A stretch of 64,000 bases of DNA from Nitrososphaerales archaeon (lineage in GTDB: Archaea; Thermoproteota; Nitrososphaeria; Nitrososphaerales; UBA213): NCBI GenBank assembly GCA_965197925.1, contig CBDAOC010000020.1, forward strand, positions 352,001 through 416,000, written 5' to 3'. Numbering within the stretch: position 1 is the first letter of the stretch; the number at the start of each line of letters is the position of its first letter. The notes beneath the pieces are model-generated. The model saw only the letters and a program-made list of their open reading frames with translations. It was not told the origin of the DNA and searched no databases. The position numbers and the translations under genes are program-made. Below, one piece after another: positions 43,474 through 55,267 of the stretch.

Positions 43474-43635
43474 TTAGATCCTCTTAACAGAGACGCTGAG
43501 GTTTGTAGCAGAAAGGGTCTTACCGCAAAATGGACATTTGTTGTTATTACTTCTTAGTACATCCTTTACAGGTTTCAGAATGCGCATTGTATGAATAAGA
43601 GCATTACATTTTCCACATGTCAATTCTAAAGTCAT
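43474..43635 (-). CDS. Small zinc-ribbon protein
   Basis: CGKC...CPFCG. Confidence 0.7.
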   Translation of the reverse strand: MTLELTCGKCNALIHTMRILKPVKDVLRSNNNKCPFCGKTLSATNLSVSVKRI

Positions 43636-44297
43636 GTTTGCTCTTTTATTGTGAACCAATAAAAAGTTAGATTTGAATTATATTTGATTAAAATGATAAA
43701 ATGAACAAACTTGACTATTATCAATTTGTCATTGGACAAAATGAGGTAATTAGCCTAGAATAATGAAAATAAACTTCTCGATTGAATTTTAGGAAACAGG
43801 AAGAATGACAGTACGAGAAGAAATTGATTTAGGAAATATTGAACATTTTTGATAAATAAGAACATCATGTGATTTGCTCAACAAAATGGCGAAGTCATTA
43901 GTATTTATGACAAGATGATTTCTACCTATCGGTCAGTAAAGACATAGCCAATGTAAATCTAATTTAAGGAACCACTTCAAACATGTTCCGAAAATGACGT
44001 TTTCCTTACGAGTTCAGTTAAAAAGTAAACATGGTGATGAAATATTGAATCTTGATGGTTAAGCATGGGTTATGTAAACAGGGTCCTAAATATTCTATCG
44101 CAAACTCTAACATACACTTGGGATGTGGTTTCCATCCGAATGACTCGTCTCAAGCGAACTAAGTTCCTAGTATAATAAATACCCAAATCATTTTAATCAA
44201 AATTCTCTTAGTAAGGAAATTTAATAGTCAACTTTAGTAACCTAACTAATCGACAAATTAAAAAATATTTATAACTAGATATTTGGGCCAGTATATT

Positions 44298-44768
44298 ATG
44301 AAAGTTCTTAATGCAAGTCCAGGTTTTGGGTCTCCTATGACCGAAGACCAAGTAGAGCATTTTCTGTCAACTAGCAAATTGAATTTGATATTAGGTACTT
44401 TGGACGAGAAGGGCGATCCAAATTTGCATCCTACTTGGTATTATTATGATAAAAACAAGATCTACGTTGAGACAAGTAAAATTTCCAAAAAGGTGCAGAA
44501 TATGAAAAAGAAGAGCATTGTTTATTTTTGTATTGACGACGAGACGATTCCGTACAAGGGAGTTCGTGGTAAAGGCAAGGTTAGAATTTCTGAGGATGTA
44601 ATGAGCAACATACCGATTGCTGAGAAGATAATGATCAAGTATACAGGAAGTCTTGATAATAAAGTAGCAAAGTTTCTTATGAACGCCGTAAATGATGGGT
44701 TCTCAGTGATACTGGAAATAACACCAATTTACTATTCAACGTGGGATTATAGTCTGATGGATATTTGA
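44298..44768 (+). CDS. Pyridoxamine 5'-phosphate oxidase-like (split-barrel flavin/F420-binding) protein
   Basis: LGTLDEKGDPNLHPTWY, SKKVQNM, YKGVRGKG, STWDYS. Confidence 0.85.
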   Translation: MKVLNASPGFGSPMTEDQVEHFLSTSKLNLILGTLDEKGDPNLHPTWYYYDKNKIYVETSKISKKVQNMKKKSIVYFCIDDETIPYKGVRGKGKVRISEDVMSNIPIAEKIMIKYTGSLDNKVAKFLMNAVNDGFSVILEITPIYYSTWDYSLMDI

Positions 44769-45459
44769 GTAGCCTCTTTATCCTGCGAATGATTTCTTAT
44801 ACCATTGTTATTAATATTTTCTAATGTAATAGGCATACTTTGTGTTAATCAAAAATTTAGAAGATTTTTTGGTAATATTGGTAAATTGTCTTTTACCACA
44901 ATTTCCTATTTTATTGTCCTTATACTTGATTAAAAGAATTACTGATTATCAATATTTTCAAAGAATTCAACACTTGCTTACCACTATACTAAATATTCAT
45001 GTCGAGGGATTCAAAGTATGACTATGTCTAGACCAAGTCATGTCGGTAATAATTTACTAAAAAAATGAAGTATAAAAATGAACTGTTAAATGAGTATGGA
45101 ATAGTGAGACCAACTTATTTTTTTCCCTTGCAATCCTAACAAAGGTTGTCTAGACTAATTCAACTATTAGATTCGATAATTATCAAAACATGCATCGAGC
45201 ATAATGTACTTTCATAGATAATTTGTTTAACTGAACCAGATGCACAATGAGAATAAATCATAAATTAGATAAAAGTTGCATTGGCCAGTTGAAGTAGATC
45301 CTAAGAATCGCAAAATAACTAAAAATGTGAGGTATGTATTGCAACAAGTCTTTCTTATTCGATAAAACTAGGTATATTATTTCTATTCTCATCCATTCTA
45401 GAACTTACAAATTAAGAGGTATTGAAGCGCACATATTGACATTACTTACATTTACTATA

Positions 45460-45822
45460 TTACGGAAGGGAAAGTACAATTCCCCTTTCATCATAGTTGA
45501 CCACAATCACTTTTGTGTTAATTGGTAAATTCTTCGGAGAATCTATTCCAGGTAAGAGACCAGAAATATTGAAGCCTGCATCCAATTTTACTACTACCCA
45601 AGCATACGGTTTGTATTTTTCATATTCTTCCGGAGCAACATTCTGTATCGAATATGTGATTATCTTCCCCTCACCTTTCACCTGTGTAGCGTCTAGTTCC
45701 TGTGAGCTACATTTGTTACAGAAGATAGTTGTTGCTATTTGCAAGTTACTACATCTCTTGCATTTATAAGCTAGGACCTTTCCGTTCCTCAATTCTGCCA
45801 CAAACCGTTCCCTATTGATCAA
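45460..45822 (-). CDS. DUF35-family Zn-ribbon/OB-fold protein (thiolase partner)
   Basis: CKRC...CNKC, G.I.TYS, PYAWVVVKL; directly downstream of the thiolase. Confidence 0.88.
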   Translation of the reverse strand: MINRERFVAELRNGKVLAYKCKRCSNLQIATTIFCNKCSSQELDATQVKGEGKIITYSIQNVAPEEYEKYKPYAWVVVKLDAGFNISGLLPGIDSPKNLPINTKVIVVNYDERGIVLSLP

Positions 45823-45825
45823 TTC

Positions 45826-46983
45826 TTAGACCCTGCTGAATATGTGAACAGCGCAGCTAGCACCGGTTGCACCAAAGTTATGTGTCATTCCAATTTCGGG
45901 CTTCATAATTTGTCTTCTGCCAGCTCTTCCAAGTAATTGTTCATACACTTCAACTACTTGGCCAATGCCGGTTGCGCCTATTGGGTGACCCTTTGACTTG
46001 AGACCTCCAGATGGGTTTATAGTAACCTCGCCTTGGTTCAATTTCGTTAAGCCTTCTCTAACGGCCATCGCCGCAGACCCCTTTTCAAAGAATCCAAGAT
46101 CTTCTATATTAATCAACTCCGCAATAGTGAAACAATCATGAACTTCTGCAAAATCAATATCTTTCGGAGTAATGTTTGCTTGTTTGTATGCTTCTTGCAC
46201 GGCAGCTCTAGTGCTAGGAATTGTTGTAAGGTCCTCTCTTCCCTGAAGAGCAGCGGGAGAAGCTCCCCTCCCAGAACCGATTACATTTACAAAATCTGCC
46301 TTGTTCTTCTTTGCAAAATCTTCCGTACAAAGTAAAACTGCACTAGCTCCGTCTGAAAACGGGCAACAGTCAAGTAATTTTAGGGGGCTTGCTACTACTG
46401 GGGAGTTCATTACATCATCAACCGAGAGCTTTTTCTGTATGTGAGCTTTTGGATTCAAAACCCCATGATCATGATTCTTCACTGCGACCATTGCCAGATC
46501 TTCTTCAGTTGCCTTGAACTTCGTCAAATAGGCTCTTGCTATAGATGCAAATAATCCTGGGAATGACACGCCGCTCCCTCCTTCATATAAAAAGTCAGAA
46601 CAGTATGAAAATAACGTCGTTGACCTTCCCGTTCCAGTATGTGTTACCTTTTCTACGCCTACAGCTAAAACAACATCGTAAAACCCAGCTGCAACGTTAG
46701 CGTAAGCCTCTCTAAAGGCAATCGATCCACTCCCACATGCTGATTCTATGGTCAAACCAGGGACATAAGGTATGCCCAAATTGCTCATCACCATAGGAGC
46801 CAAGTGTACCTGATTGTCTGCCACGCCAAAAACGTTTGAGATGAAGCCATAATGAATATCCTTAGGTTCGATGTTTGCACTCTTGATAGCATCGTTGGCA
46901 GCATTTACAGCAAGATCAACAACATTTTCTTTCAATTTACCATACATTGTGCTACCAGCACCCATAACACAAACTTTGTTCAT
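45826..46983 (-). CDS. Acetyl-CoA acetyltransferase (archaeal thiolase)
   Basis: ESACGSG, VKNH, AEVHDCFT, NPSGGLKSKGHPIGATG. Confidence 0.93.
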   Translation of the reverse strand: MNKVCVMGAGSTMYGKLKENVVDLAVNAANDAIKSANIEPKDIHYGFISNVFGVADNQVHLAPMVMSNLGIPYVPGLTIESACGSGSIAFREAYANVAAGFYDVVLAVGVEKVTHTGTGRSTTLFSYCSDFLYEGGSGVSFPGLFASIARAYLTKFKATEEDLAMVAVKNHDHGVLNPKAHIQKKLSVDDVMNSPVVASPLKLLDCCPFSDGASAVLLCTEDFAKKNKADFVNVIGSGRGASPAALQGREDLTTIPSTRAAVQEAYKQANITPKDIDFAEVHDCFTIAELINIEDLGFFEKGSAAMAVREGLTKLNQGEVTINPSGGLKSKGHPIGATGIGQVVEVYEQLLGRAGRRQIMKPEIGMTHNFGATGASCAVHIFSRV

Positions 46984-47075
46984 GACGATGCGGTTTTTGA
47001 AGCCACATAAAAATGTAGAGAGTAATTTATCTTGTAGTCTAAAACTCTATTAATCGTAGTCTGAAGAAAATAAGC

Positions 47076-49133
47076 ATGTTAGGAATGAAGAATTATACCC
47101 TTACCATATGCGAGAAACCGTCAACGGCAAGAAAGATTGCAAAGGCAATTGCTGAAGATGATTTTAGGGAGGTGTGGATAGAGGGTATACGAGTGTATAT
47201 TGCAAAGAAAAAGGGAAAAACTTTTCTCATTTGTTATTCGTTTGGGCATCTATTCAAACTAAATGATCCTACAAGAAATAGACATGTTTATCCTATATTC
47301 GAAGTAGAATGGGTGCCTTTAGAAAAAATAAAGATTAAAAAGATAATTACAGTGATAAGGAAGCTTGCTAATTACGCTTCGGAATTTGTTAATGCATGTG
47401 ATTTTGATCAGGAAGGCGAAGTAATTGGTTATAATATTCTAAAGAATGTTTGTGGTAACAAACATGAAAAAGCATACAGGGCAAAGTTTGCAACACTCAC
47501 AGAAGAGGACATCAAAAATGCATTTAAAAGAATGAGGGTAGTGAACAGTGTTGGATTAGCTAATGCTGGAAGGACAAGGCATGTACTTGACTACATTTAT
47601 GGGATCAACCTATCAAGAGCACTTTCTGAATCCATATACAGTACTAAAAAACAGTTCAGAAATTTATCCATTGGGAGAGTACAGGGACCAACACTCTCAT
47701 TTGTTTTTGAAAAGGAGATGAAGATTAGGACATACGTTCCAATACCGTACTGGCAGGTAAAATCGAAATTTAAGGAAGAAGGTAAGGAATTTGATATACA
47801 CTATAAAAAGGAAAAGATTATGAAGATTGAAGAAGCAAGAAAGATCGTATCCGAATGTAAGGGGCAAAATGGTAAAGTTACTGAGATCAGACATAAAAAA
47901 ACAGAACAACAATCCCCTGTACCTTTCAATCTTGGTGATTTACAGAAAGAAGCTTACAGATTATTTGGATTTAGTCCTAGTTTAACGTCATCGATTTCGG
48001 AACGATTGTATTTGGATGCGTTGATTTCTTATCCTAGAACTTCTAGCCAAAAGCTTCCAAGATCAGTAAATTGCAAAACGATAATCGAGAAATTGAGGAG
48101 GATAGACCTTTATACAGAATTATCAACAAGAATTTTGAAGGGAAAGTTAATCCCTCACGAAGGAGCCAAGGACGATTCGGCTCATCCTGCAATATACCCA
48201 ACTGGAGAAGGGGATATACGAAAGTTGGAGAGTGAAGAATGGAAAATATACGATCTGATAGTGAAAAGATTTTTTGCTACTTTTGGTAGCCCAGCATTAA
48301 GAGAAAATACAAGGATTGTGATAAACGTAGACGGTTACAAATTCATAGCAAAGGGTAGAACAACAACTCATTTAGGTTGGACGTCATATTACAAACCATA
48401 TTTTAACCTAGTAGATATTGAGTTACCACGAATGAATATAAATGATATTGTTAGAATGTTGGGAATTAAAAATGTGGAAAAACATATTCCGCCTCCAATT
48501 CGTTTCAACCAAGCAAGCTTGGTAGAGAAGATGGAGGAAGAGGGAATAGGGACTAAAGGAACTAGGGCTCAAATTGTTAGCACACTAATTGAACGAGGAT
48601 ATGTTAAAGGAAAGAATATTGAGATTACAGACTTGGGTTTTGTAGTGATAGAAGTAATGCAAATTTACATGCCTTATATCATAGGAACAGAACTTACTAG
48701 AACTATTGAGAGACAGCTTGAAAATATATCGCAAGATAAAATTGATGAAAAAAAAGTAATCCAGGATACGATTAGATTGTTGACCAACTCATTAGACGTT
48801 TTTAGATCTAACGAAAGAAAAATTGGAAAAGAAATCAGTGATGTAATTGCAAACACAAGTTATGCACAAAAGCAATTAGATTCCTGTCCACTATGTACTG
48901 ATGGTGTATTGCATATAATAAGGTCACGGCAAACCGGAAAAAGATTCATTGGTTGTTCAAACTATGAAAAAGGATGTAGGGCCTCAATGCCTTTGCCACA
49001 ATCTGGAATTATAGGCTTTACAATGAACAAATGTTATTTATGCAAATGGCCTGTATTACTTGTAAAAATAAAAAACAGTTATGTATGGAAAATGTGTGTG
49101 AATATACACTGTCATACTAAAAAGATAGGATAG
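47076..49133 (+). CDS. topA: DNA topoisomerase IA (TopA/Topo III)
   Basis: CEKPSTA TOPRIM, DFDQEGE, GRVQGPTL, catalytic ISYPRT, AHPAIYPT, C-terminal Zn ribbons. Confidence 0.93.
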   Translation: MLGMKNYTLTICEKPSTARKIAKAIAEDDFREVWIEGIRVYIAKKKGKTFLICYSFGHLFKLNDPTRNRHVYPIFEVEWVPLEKIKIKKIITVIRKLANYASEFVNACDFDQEGEVIGYNILKNVCGNKHEKAYRAKFATLTEEDIKNAFKRMRVVNSVGLANAGRTRHVLDYIYGINLSRALSESIYSTKKQFRNLSIGRVQGPTLSFVFEKEMKIRTYVPIPYWQVKSKFKEEGKEFDIHYKKEKIMKIEEARKIVSECKGQNGKVTEIRHKKTEQQSPVPFNLGDLQKEAYRLFGFSPSLTSSISERLYLDALISYPRTSSQKLPRSVNCKTIIEKLRRIDLYTELSTRILKGKLIPHEGAKDDSAHPAIYPTGEGDIRKLESEEWKIYDLIVKRFFATFGSPALRENTRIVINVDGYKFIAKGRTTTHLGWTSYYKPYFNLVDIELPRMNINDIVRMLGIKNVEKHIPPPIRFNQASLVEKMEEEGIGTKGTRAQIVSTLIERGYVKGKNIEITDLGFVVIEVMQIYMPYIIGTELTRTIERQLENISQDKIDEKKVIQDTIRLLTNSLDVFRSNERKIGKEISDVIANTSYAQKQLDSCPLCTDGVLHIIRSRQTGKRFIGCSNYEKGCRASMPLPQSGIIGFTMNKCYLCKWPVLLVKIKNSYVWKMCVNIHCHTKKIG

Positions 49134-49153
49134 ATGTCGTTTGGTGAATTATT

Positions 49154-49966
49154 TCATTTCTTGAGATATTTGGAATAAATGTCATTACGTCTATTTTTTA
49201 ATAATGGTAATTTTTTCCTAACAATGTTAGTTAGATTATTATCCAACTTTACAACTTCCATTCCCTCTCTTTCCTCCATATCCAAAATTATTCTTCCAAA
49301 TGGATCTACCACCATACTGTGTCCTACATAGGTGTTACCTATTTGGTTTGGCGCTACCACATAGCATCCATTTTCTATTGCCCTTGCTTTTAGCATTGTT
49401 TCCCAATGTGAGATTTTCATGTCCCCTTCCACCCATGCAGATGGCATTACTAGAACATTTGCGCCCATCAAAGTTAGAAGCCTTGCCATTTCAGGAAAAC
49501 GAACGTCGTAACATATCATGATACCAACAATACCTATGTTGGTTCTAATTGGTTTTACCAGTTCCTTTCCCGGAACAATTTTGGCAGATTCCCTGAAGCC
49601 CAGCGCATCATAAAGATGCAATTTTCTATAGATAGTAGAAATTTTGCCATTTTTGTCAATCAACAATGCGGTGTCGTAAACTCTGTCTTTTGTTCTACTT
49701 TTTTCATAGATAGTAGCTATAACACTTATAACATTCTCTTTCGCTTCTTTTTTCAATGTTGACACAAAGTCTCCATTGATAGTTTCCGCTATTAATGCAA
49801 GTTCATTAGCACCTTGACTCGATGGAGAGTATGCCATTAAAAACTCAGGGAAAGCAATAAGTTCGGCCTTATTAGCTCTCGCTTCTCTTATGAATTTGAT
49901 TACAAATTTCTGATTTTCATTCTTTTGCTTAGATGCCTTCAGCTGTACAAGTGCTACTCTACTCAC
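49154..49966 (-). CDS. Carbon-nitrogen hydrolase (Nit1/nitrilase family)
   Basis: FPE, YRKLHLYD, ICYDVRFPE triad, ARAIENG; start set at GTG 49966. Confidence 0.9.
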   Translation of the reverse strand: MSRVALVQLKASKQKNENQKFVIKFIREARANKAELIAFPEFLMAYSPSSQGANELALIAETINGDFVSTLKKEAKENVISVIATIYEKSRTKDRVYDTALLIDKNGKISTIYRKLHLYDALGFRESAKIVPGKELVKPIRTNIGIVGIMICYDVRFPEMARLLTLMGANVLVMPSAWVEGDMKISHWETMLKARAIENGCYVVAPNQIGNTYVGHSMVVDPFGRIILDMEEREGMEVVKLDNNLTNIVRKKLPLLKNRRNDIYSKYLKK

Positions 49967-50035
49967 ATAACAATAAAGTTTGAATTTAGATAAAAAGTTT
50001 TGAAAAGTTTCAAATAAAAAGAAAGAGATTAAAGG

Positions 50036-50470
50036 TTGGAAAAGTATGAATGGGTAGTGAGAGATCTCCAAGAATTAGTGAAGCTTCTTAAGGAAAAGGC
50101 TGAAGCAAATCTTGTCCTACTAATTGCATATGACAGTATTCATCTTAATTCGAAGAATGGGCAAAACACAATTTACGTTCTAGAAGTTGATAGTATTAGT
50201 CACGCTAGCGGAGGGAGAGTGGGAGGTTTTGGCCAAAGAAAATTCAAGAAAGTTTATGGTTTTAATTACCAAAACGGAATATGTGAGAAAATTCTTGAAA
50301 CTACTGAAAATCTAGACGATCTTAACCCTGGTTATGTAGTTAGATTGCCAATCGAGTTGCCTGATGGAGAGGAGTTGATGGCATCCTGTTCCATTGATTC
50401 ATTGTTAGTAGAGGAATGCAATAAAAAGTTTGAAAAAATATTATCAAAAAATGCTTTAAAAAAATGTTAG
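50036..50470 (+). CDS. Hypothetical protein
   Basis: 144-aa ORF divergent from the hydrolase; GGRVGGFGQRK segment; no family recognised. Confidence 0.55.
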   Translation: MEKYEWVVRDLQELVKLLKEKAEANLVLLIAYDSIHLNSKNGQNTIYVLEVDSISHASGGRVGGFGQRKFKKVYGFNYQNGICEKILETTENLDDLNPGYVVRLPIELPDGEELMASCSIDSLLVEECNKKFEKILSKNALKKC

Positions 50471-50659
50471 GGGAAAATTCAAATTATGTTAGATGTGGGA
50501 TTGAGAGTTACTTTATATGCGATAGATATACAAAACCCAAAAAAATGGAAGAACTTGAGGAAATAGATTTTTGGTGTATAATCAACAATTCGTTTGAACA
50601 TACAGATATTAATGTTATTCTCAATGAAATCTGACCATTTTAATTTAATATCGGCTCAT

Positions 50660-51604
50660 CTCTATAGAAACCATGGATTTTAGCCCCATTGTATATAGAA
50701 TTGTACCATTAGATCAAATGCGTTACTGGCCATACATTCTTACATGAAAGAGTCGTGATACGGTAAACTTGGAAAAACAATACTTGATGTCTTGATAAGG
50801 GCTAGAGTACTGGTCTACATACCACGGGAAGAGCAACCACATCTACACTGTATGACAGCAAACGATCCTGTTAACATTAAGACAGTATGAAGGAAAGAGC
50901 TAAAGAAGGTTAGTATAATGACTCCATGAAGCATACTCTCTTAGAATGTATCTAAAGTTAGAGTCCCACATTATACAACCCTTCAGAAATTTGCTGCAGG
51001 ATAGATGGCAACATACCATACAGAATAATTTCTTCATTCATACTTTTCACCAAGATTAGGATTTTGTTCGTAGGATAGATGTATATGGATTCAGATCCAG
51101 CAATACAACAACATACTATACGGATAGAGCAGGAATAAGGAAGAAGTGCATCGAACTATCGATAGGTGCTGAATTAAGAGAGCAAACAGCATGTTCATTG
51201 AAGATCAGGGTGCTCCTAAACACTATACTATAGATTTCAAACCCATTATGGAAAGAACCTCAAAATAATGCCCCACTCTATTGTAGCAAACAAAGGCTAT
51301 GATAGAGAAGCAAATCATGAATTTAAGGGGCATCTAGATTCTGTGAGCACAATCCCTGCTACGTATGGTATTGTTCTAGTATGGAGGACGCATGGAAGAT
51401 GCATGAAGAAGATGAAGAGGAGATTCTATACACGTCTATACCATCAAAGAAACAAGAATCAAATATGCTGTCTGTGGTAAAGAGCATGTTGGGTGAGCAT
51501 ATAGCATCAAGACTGATATGATGAAGAATAAGGAACTGATGTTCATAGTGATAGCCTACAACTGCATAGATTGACTGTATTTTTGGCATGGTTTCTACAG
51601 AGCC
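50660..51604 (+). mobile_element. Degenerate IS5-family-like element (transposase in many fragments)
   Basis: IRs CTCTATAGAAACCATG / CATGGTTTCTACAGAG(CC); fragments PHYTTLQKFA, ANKGYDREANH, YHQRNK. Confidence 0.8.
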
Positions 51605-52067
51605 AATGGCTCCGTTATGCCTAATATTAGGGCGTGCTACAATCCATCCCTTTAGTTTTATCAGCAAGAGTATTTGCCGGTTTTGTATGGTCATAAGAAA
51701 TTAGGAATTCAAGGGATTAAACTTAACTTAACAAATGCTAACATATTATGACTTGCTCATTTAGTTATTCTTTCACCCTCTTGATCAATCAGTTTGTAAT
51801 AGATCAAATTGAATGGTTGATGGGGTCATTTCAGAAATAATAGGTTCTGGATATTTTATAGCAACATATTTGGGATTCCCTATTCTTTCTTTGAAATAGG
51901 TAACTGCCAATTATAAATATTCCATTATGCTTGATATCTTATACAAGATATTTGATCTCTAAAAATTGGGATATTTTCGACCTAACATGTGTGGACATAA
52001 TTCTTCTGGTTGGATGTGGTTGGATGTATTAGAATTAGTTATCAGTCAATAATCTACAAATATAAAA

Positions 52068-52247
52068 TTATGTTAATTTGTTACCTGCAACATACCAGTT
52101 TTCTTTAGGTGTGTCTTGATACATTACTATAATATGTTCCTTTTTAGAACCTAACACTTTTTCTACCACATCTGTAATTGCCTTGGCAAGTTCTTCTTTC
52201 TTCTCAGATGTCCTACCGGGCCAGAGAGAAATAGTTACTAGAGGCAT
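52068..52247 (-). CDS. 4-oxalocrotonate tautomerase family protein
   Basis: Own translation MPLVTISLWPGRTSEKKEELAKAITDVVEKVLG...ENWYVAG*; catalytic Pro-1; absent from the ORF track. Confidence 0.9.
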   Translation of the reverse strand: MPLVTISLWPGRTSEKKEELAKAITDVVEKVLGSKKEHIIVMYQDTPKENWYVAGNKLT

Positions 52248-52298
52248 AGTAAATTGTAATGTAATACCATATTTAAATGATGGAGTGTAATGTGATTT

Positions 52299-53294
52299 AT
52301 GTTCCCACTGTACGACGAGAACCCAAGATCTAGTAGACCTTATGTAAACTATGTACTAATAGCTATAAATTTTGTGGTCTTTATTTGGGAGGTCATAGCG
52401 ACGGGGTTCTTTACAAATGAACAAGCGGCGAATAGAATGTTCCTTGATTATGGTTTTGTCCCTGCGAGGTTCCTTGAAATGGGACTACGGATTGAGAGCT
52501 TTTGGTCAATATTAAGCTCGATATTCATGCACGGAGGCATTATGCACTTACTCGGAAACATGCTTTTTCTATGGATATTTGGTGATAACATAGAAGATAG
52601 GTTTGGGCATCGAAAGTATCTAGTAATTTATCTTTTTTGGGGTTTCGTTGCCAGCATGGCACATCTAGCATGGGCCATGGGCGTTGGTGGGAATCAATTG
52701 CTCATACCGGCAGTAGGTGCCTCTGGTTCAATATCAGGTGTTTTGGGTGCTTATTTGCTGATGTTCCCCAGAGCAAAGGTCGTTACTTTGATATTTTTCT
52801 TTTTCATAACCACAACGAGAATACCTGCCTATGCCTACCTATTAATGTGGATTGTCTTTCAGGTATTTTCAGCTTCATTCAATGTCGGGGGCGGTGTCGC
52901 ATATTTGGCACATATTGGTGGTTTTGTAGTTGGAGCAGTTTTTGGACTTGGATACAGAGCATTAGGGAAAATGCTATTGAAACCCGTATTCATATCTACT
53001 AAAAGAAAAGAAAAATCTCAGGAACCAAGGGATGTAAAGCAAATGATTAGGCCGTTAAGAATGGAAGGTATCACTACAGAAAGGTATGTAGAGATTTTAG
53101 TGGAAATGCCAGGAGTAAAAGAAGAAGCTATAGCGATCCAAATTTCGGATAATACATTATTAATAAATGCTGTTACTGAAGATGGCTACAAAATATATCG
53201 AGGAAAGGCTATTTTGAGAGTGAAGGTGGAAAATGAACCAGAATTTATTCATTATCTTAATGGAATATTGCGTATAAGAATAAGTCGTATATGA
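52299..53294 (+). CDS. Rhomboid intramembrane serine protease with C-terminal Hsp20/alpha-crystallin-like domain
   Basis: HGGIMHLLGNM, GASGSISG (Ser), AHIGG (His); tail VEMPGVKEE.I...YLNGILRIRI. Confidence 0.88.
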   Translation: MFPLYDENPRSSRPYVNYVLIAINFVVFIWEVIATGFFTNEQAANRMFLDYGFVPARFLEMGLRIESFWSILSSIFMHGGIMHLLGNMLFLWIFGDNIEDRFGHRKYLVIYLFWGFVASMAHLAWAMGVGGNQLLIPAVGASGSISGVLGAYLLMFPRAKVVTLIFFFFITTTRIPAYAYLLMWIVFQVFSASFNVGGGVAYLAHIGGFVVGAVFGLGYRALGKMLLKPVFISTKRKEKSQEPRDVKQMIRPLRMEGITTERYVEILVEMPGVKEEAIAIQISDNTLLINAVTEDGYKIYRGKAILRVKVENEPEFIHYLNGILRIRISRI

Positions 53295-53338
53295 GCTCAT
53301 AGAGTCTGCTTTAAGACGATAAAGTTTGATTTCATTTA

Positions 53339-54379
53339 GAGCTTATCCTAAAATTAACATCATAGCCTAATTGTTTATACCGAAACAGATCTAGAACCGT
53401 TATCTCTAGCTAAATTTGTGAGAAAATCAAAGAAAAAGAGCATGCCGACCATATGGCATATACCAGACGATCTATGGGAAGAGTTCAAACTAGTGTTGCC
53501 GCCAAGGAAACCAGCAAGAACAGTTGGAAGGCCAGCTGTGCCATTTAGAAAAGTATTGAATGGAGTACTGTACGTATTAAGAACTGGATGCCAGTGGAAG
53601 AAGGTGCCGAAAGAATTTGGTTCTGGCTCAACTTGCCATGCAAGATTTCAGGAATGGATTGGGATAGGAGTATTCAAGAAGGTATGGAAGAGGCTGCTGG
53701 AAATATATGATGAATTGAAGGGTATAGGATGGGACTGGCAATCCATGGATAGCGTACCGAAGGCCCCATTAGGGGGAAAACGGCCGAGCAAACCCAACGG
53801 ATAGAGGCAAGCTAGGTACCAAACGTCACATGCTGGTTGATAGAAGAGGTATTCCTCTCTCATCTGTAATTACTGGAGCAAACAAGCACGATATGAAATC
53901 AGCCTTTCCTACAATAGATAGCATTGTTGTTGATAGGCCCAAAGTTAAACAGAACATATGCATGAATAGGATATGATTTCCCTGAGATAGAGTATGGAGT
54001 TAGGAAGGGGATATGTGGATCACATTCGTCATAAGGGTGAAGTGTTGAAAAAGAATTTGTACAAAGCAAAGAGATGGGTTGTAGAAAGAACCGCATCTTG
54101 GCATAACAGGTTCAGAAAGTTATTGGTAAGGTTCGAGAAGAGAGAGGAAAATTATCAGGCGCTAGTAGAATTTGCTAACTGCCTAATAGTGTATAGAGCG
54201 ATATATTGGTAGTGTCATAAACACGTTAATGCAACTGTTTCTAGTATCTATTATCTACAATACTAATAAAATCAATAGTAAGAAAACTAAACCTGACAGT
54301 ATGAACTAATATTCTTGCATTCTAAATGTTATCATTTCTACCAATCATTAACTATCAGCTAGAATTTTAGGATAGGCTC
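53339..54379 (+). mobile_element. IS5-family element (two-ORF frameshift type), transposase disrupted
   Basis: IRs GAGCTTATCCTAAAATT / AATTTTAGGATAGGCTC flanked by TA; YVLRTGCQW, GGGGGAAAA slip site, RWVVERTASW. Confidence 0.9.
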
Positions 54380-54431
54380 TAAGATAAATCCGATTTATAT
54401 TGTCTGTATAGGAAATGCCAATAAACTAGGA

Positions 54432-55223
54432 TTATACTTTTACTTCTTTGTTTATCAAAGAATACTTTGACTTGTATCCTCGTGGGTTTATCATCAATCC
54501 ATTATACATAAAGGTTGAAGAATTTCCTATTATGACAGTGCTCAGCATACCAAGACTGTCTACATGCTCTAGTACATGTTCCAGATCTGTCATTATGATC
54601 TTCTGATTCTCTCTGTACGCAGCCTTTACTATTGCCACTGGAGTACTTGGTTCTCTATACTTAAGTAGTAAATCCCTAGTGTCACGTAACTGGTGCACGC
54701 GCTTCTTACTTTGTGGATTGTATATTACAACGACATAATCACCCTTCGCTGCTGCTTCAACTCTTTGTATAATAATATGCCATGGAACAAGTAGATCGCT
54801 CATGCTTACCACCGCAAAATCGGTCATTAGTGGGGAACCTAACAAAGCAGCGCATGAGTTTAGCGCTGATACACCAGGAATTATTTCCACATAAATTCCA
54901 TCTTCTCGGTTCCAGCCTTTCTCTGCAAGTACCTCGTAAACCAGACCAGCCATCCCGTATATTCCAGCATCTCCACTCGATATTAGAGAAACTATTTTTT
55001 CACTCTCTGCAAGCTCTATTGCTTGATTTGCCCTTTCCACTTCTTGGGTCATAGCATAGGAATGAACTTCCTTTCCCTTCAGAAGTGGCTCAACCAATGC
55101 CAAGTAAGTCTGGTAACCTATGATAACATTGCTCTCTTGGATACACTGTTTTGCCCTAGGAGTCATGTGTTCTTCGTAACCCGGCCCTATACCTACCACG
55201 TACAACTTACCTTTTTTCATCAT
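54432..55223 (-). CDS. cobJ: Precorrin-3B C17-methyltransferase
   Basis: VVGIGPG, SSGDAGIYGMA, DFAVVSMSDLLVPW, YNPQS, NPRGY. Confidence 0.92.
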   Translation of the reverse strand: MMKKGKLYVVGIGPGYEEHMTPRAKQCIQESNVIIGYQTYLALVEPLLKGKEVHSYAMTQEVERANQAIELAESEKIVSLISSGDAGIYGMAGLVYEVLAEKGWNREDGIYVEIIPGVSALNSCAALLGSPLMTDFAVVSMSDLLVPWHIIIQRVEAAAKGDYVVVIYNPQSKKRVHQLRDTRDLLLKYREPSTPVAIVKAAYRENQKIIMTDLEHVLEHVDSLGMLSTVIIGNSSTFMYNGLMINPRGYKSKYSLINKEVKV

Positions 55224-55267
55224 GAATTTACGATACTGATTGCCTTTAATTCTTTTCTATGTTGGGA

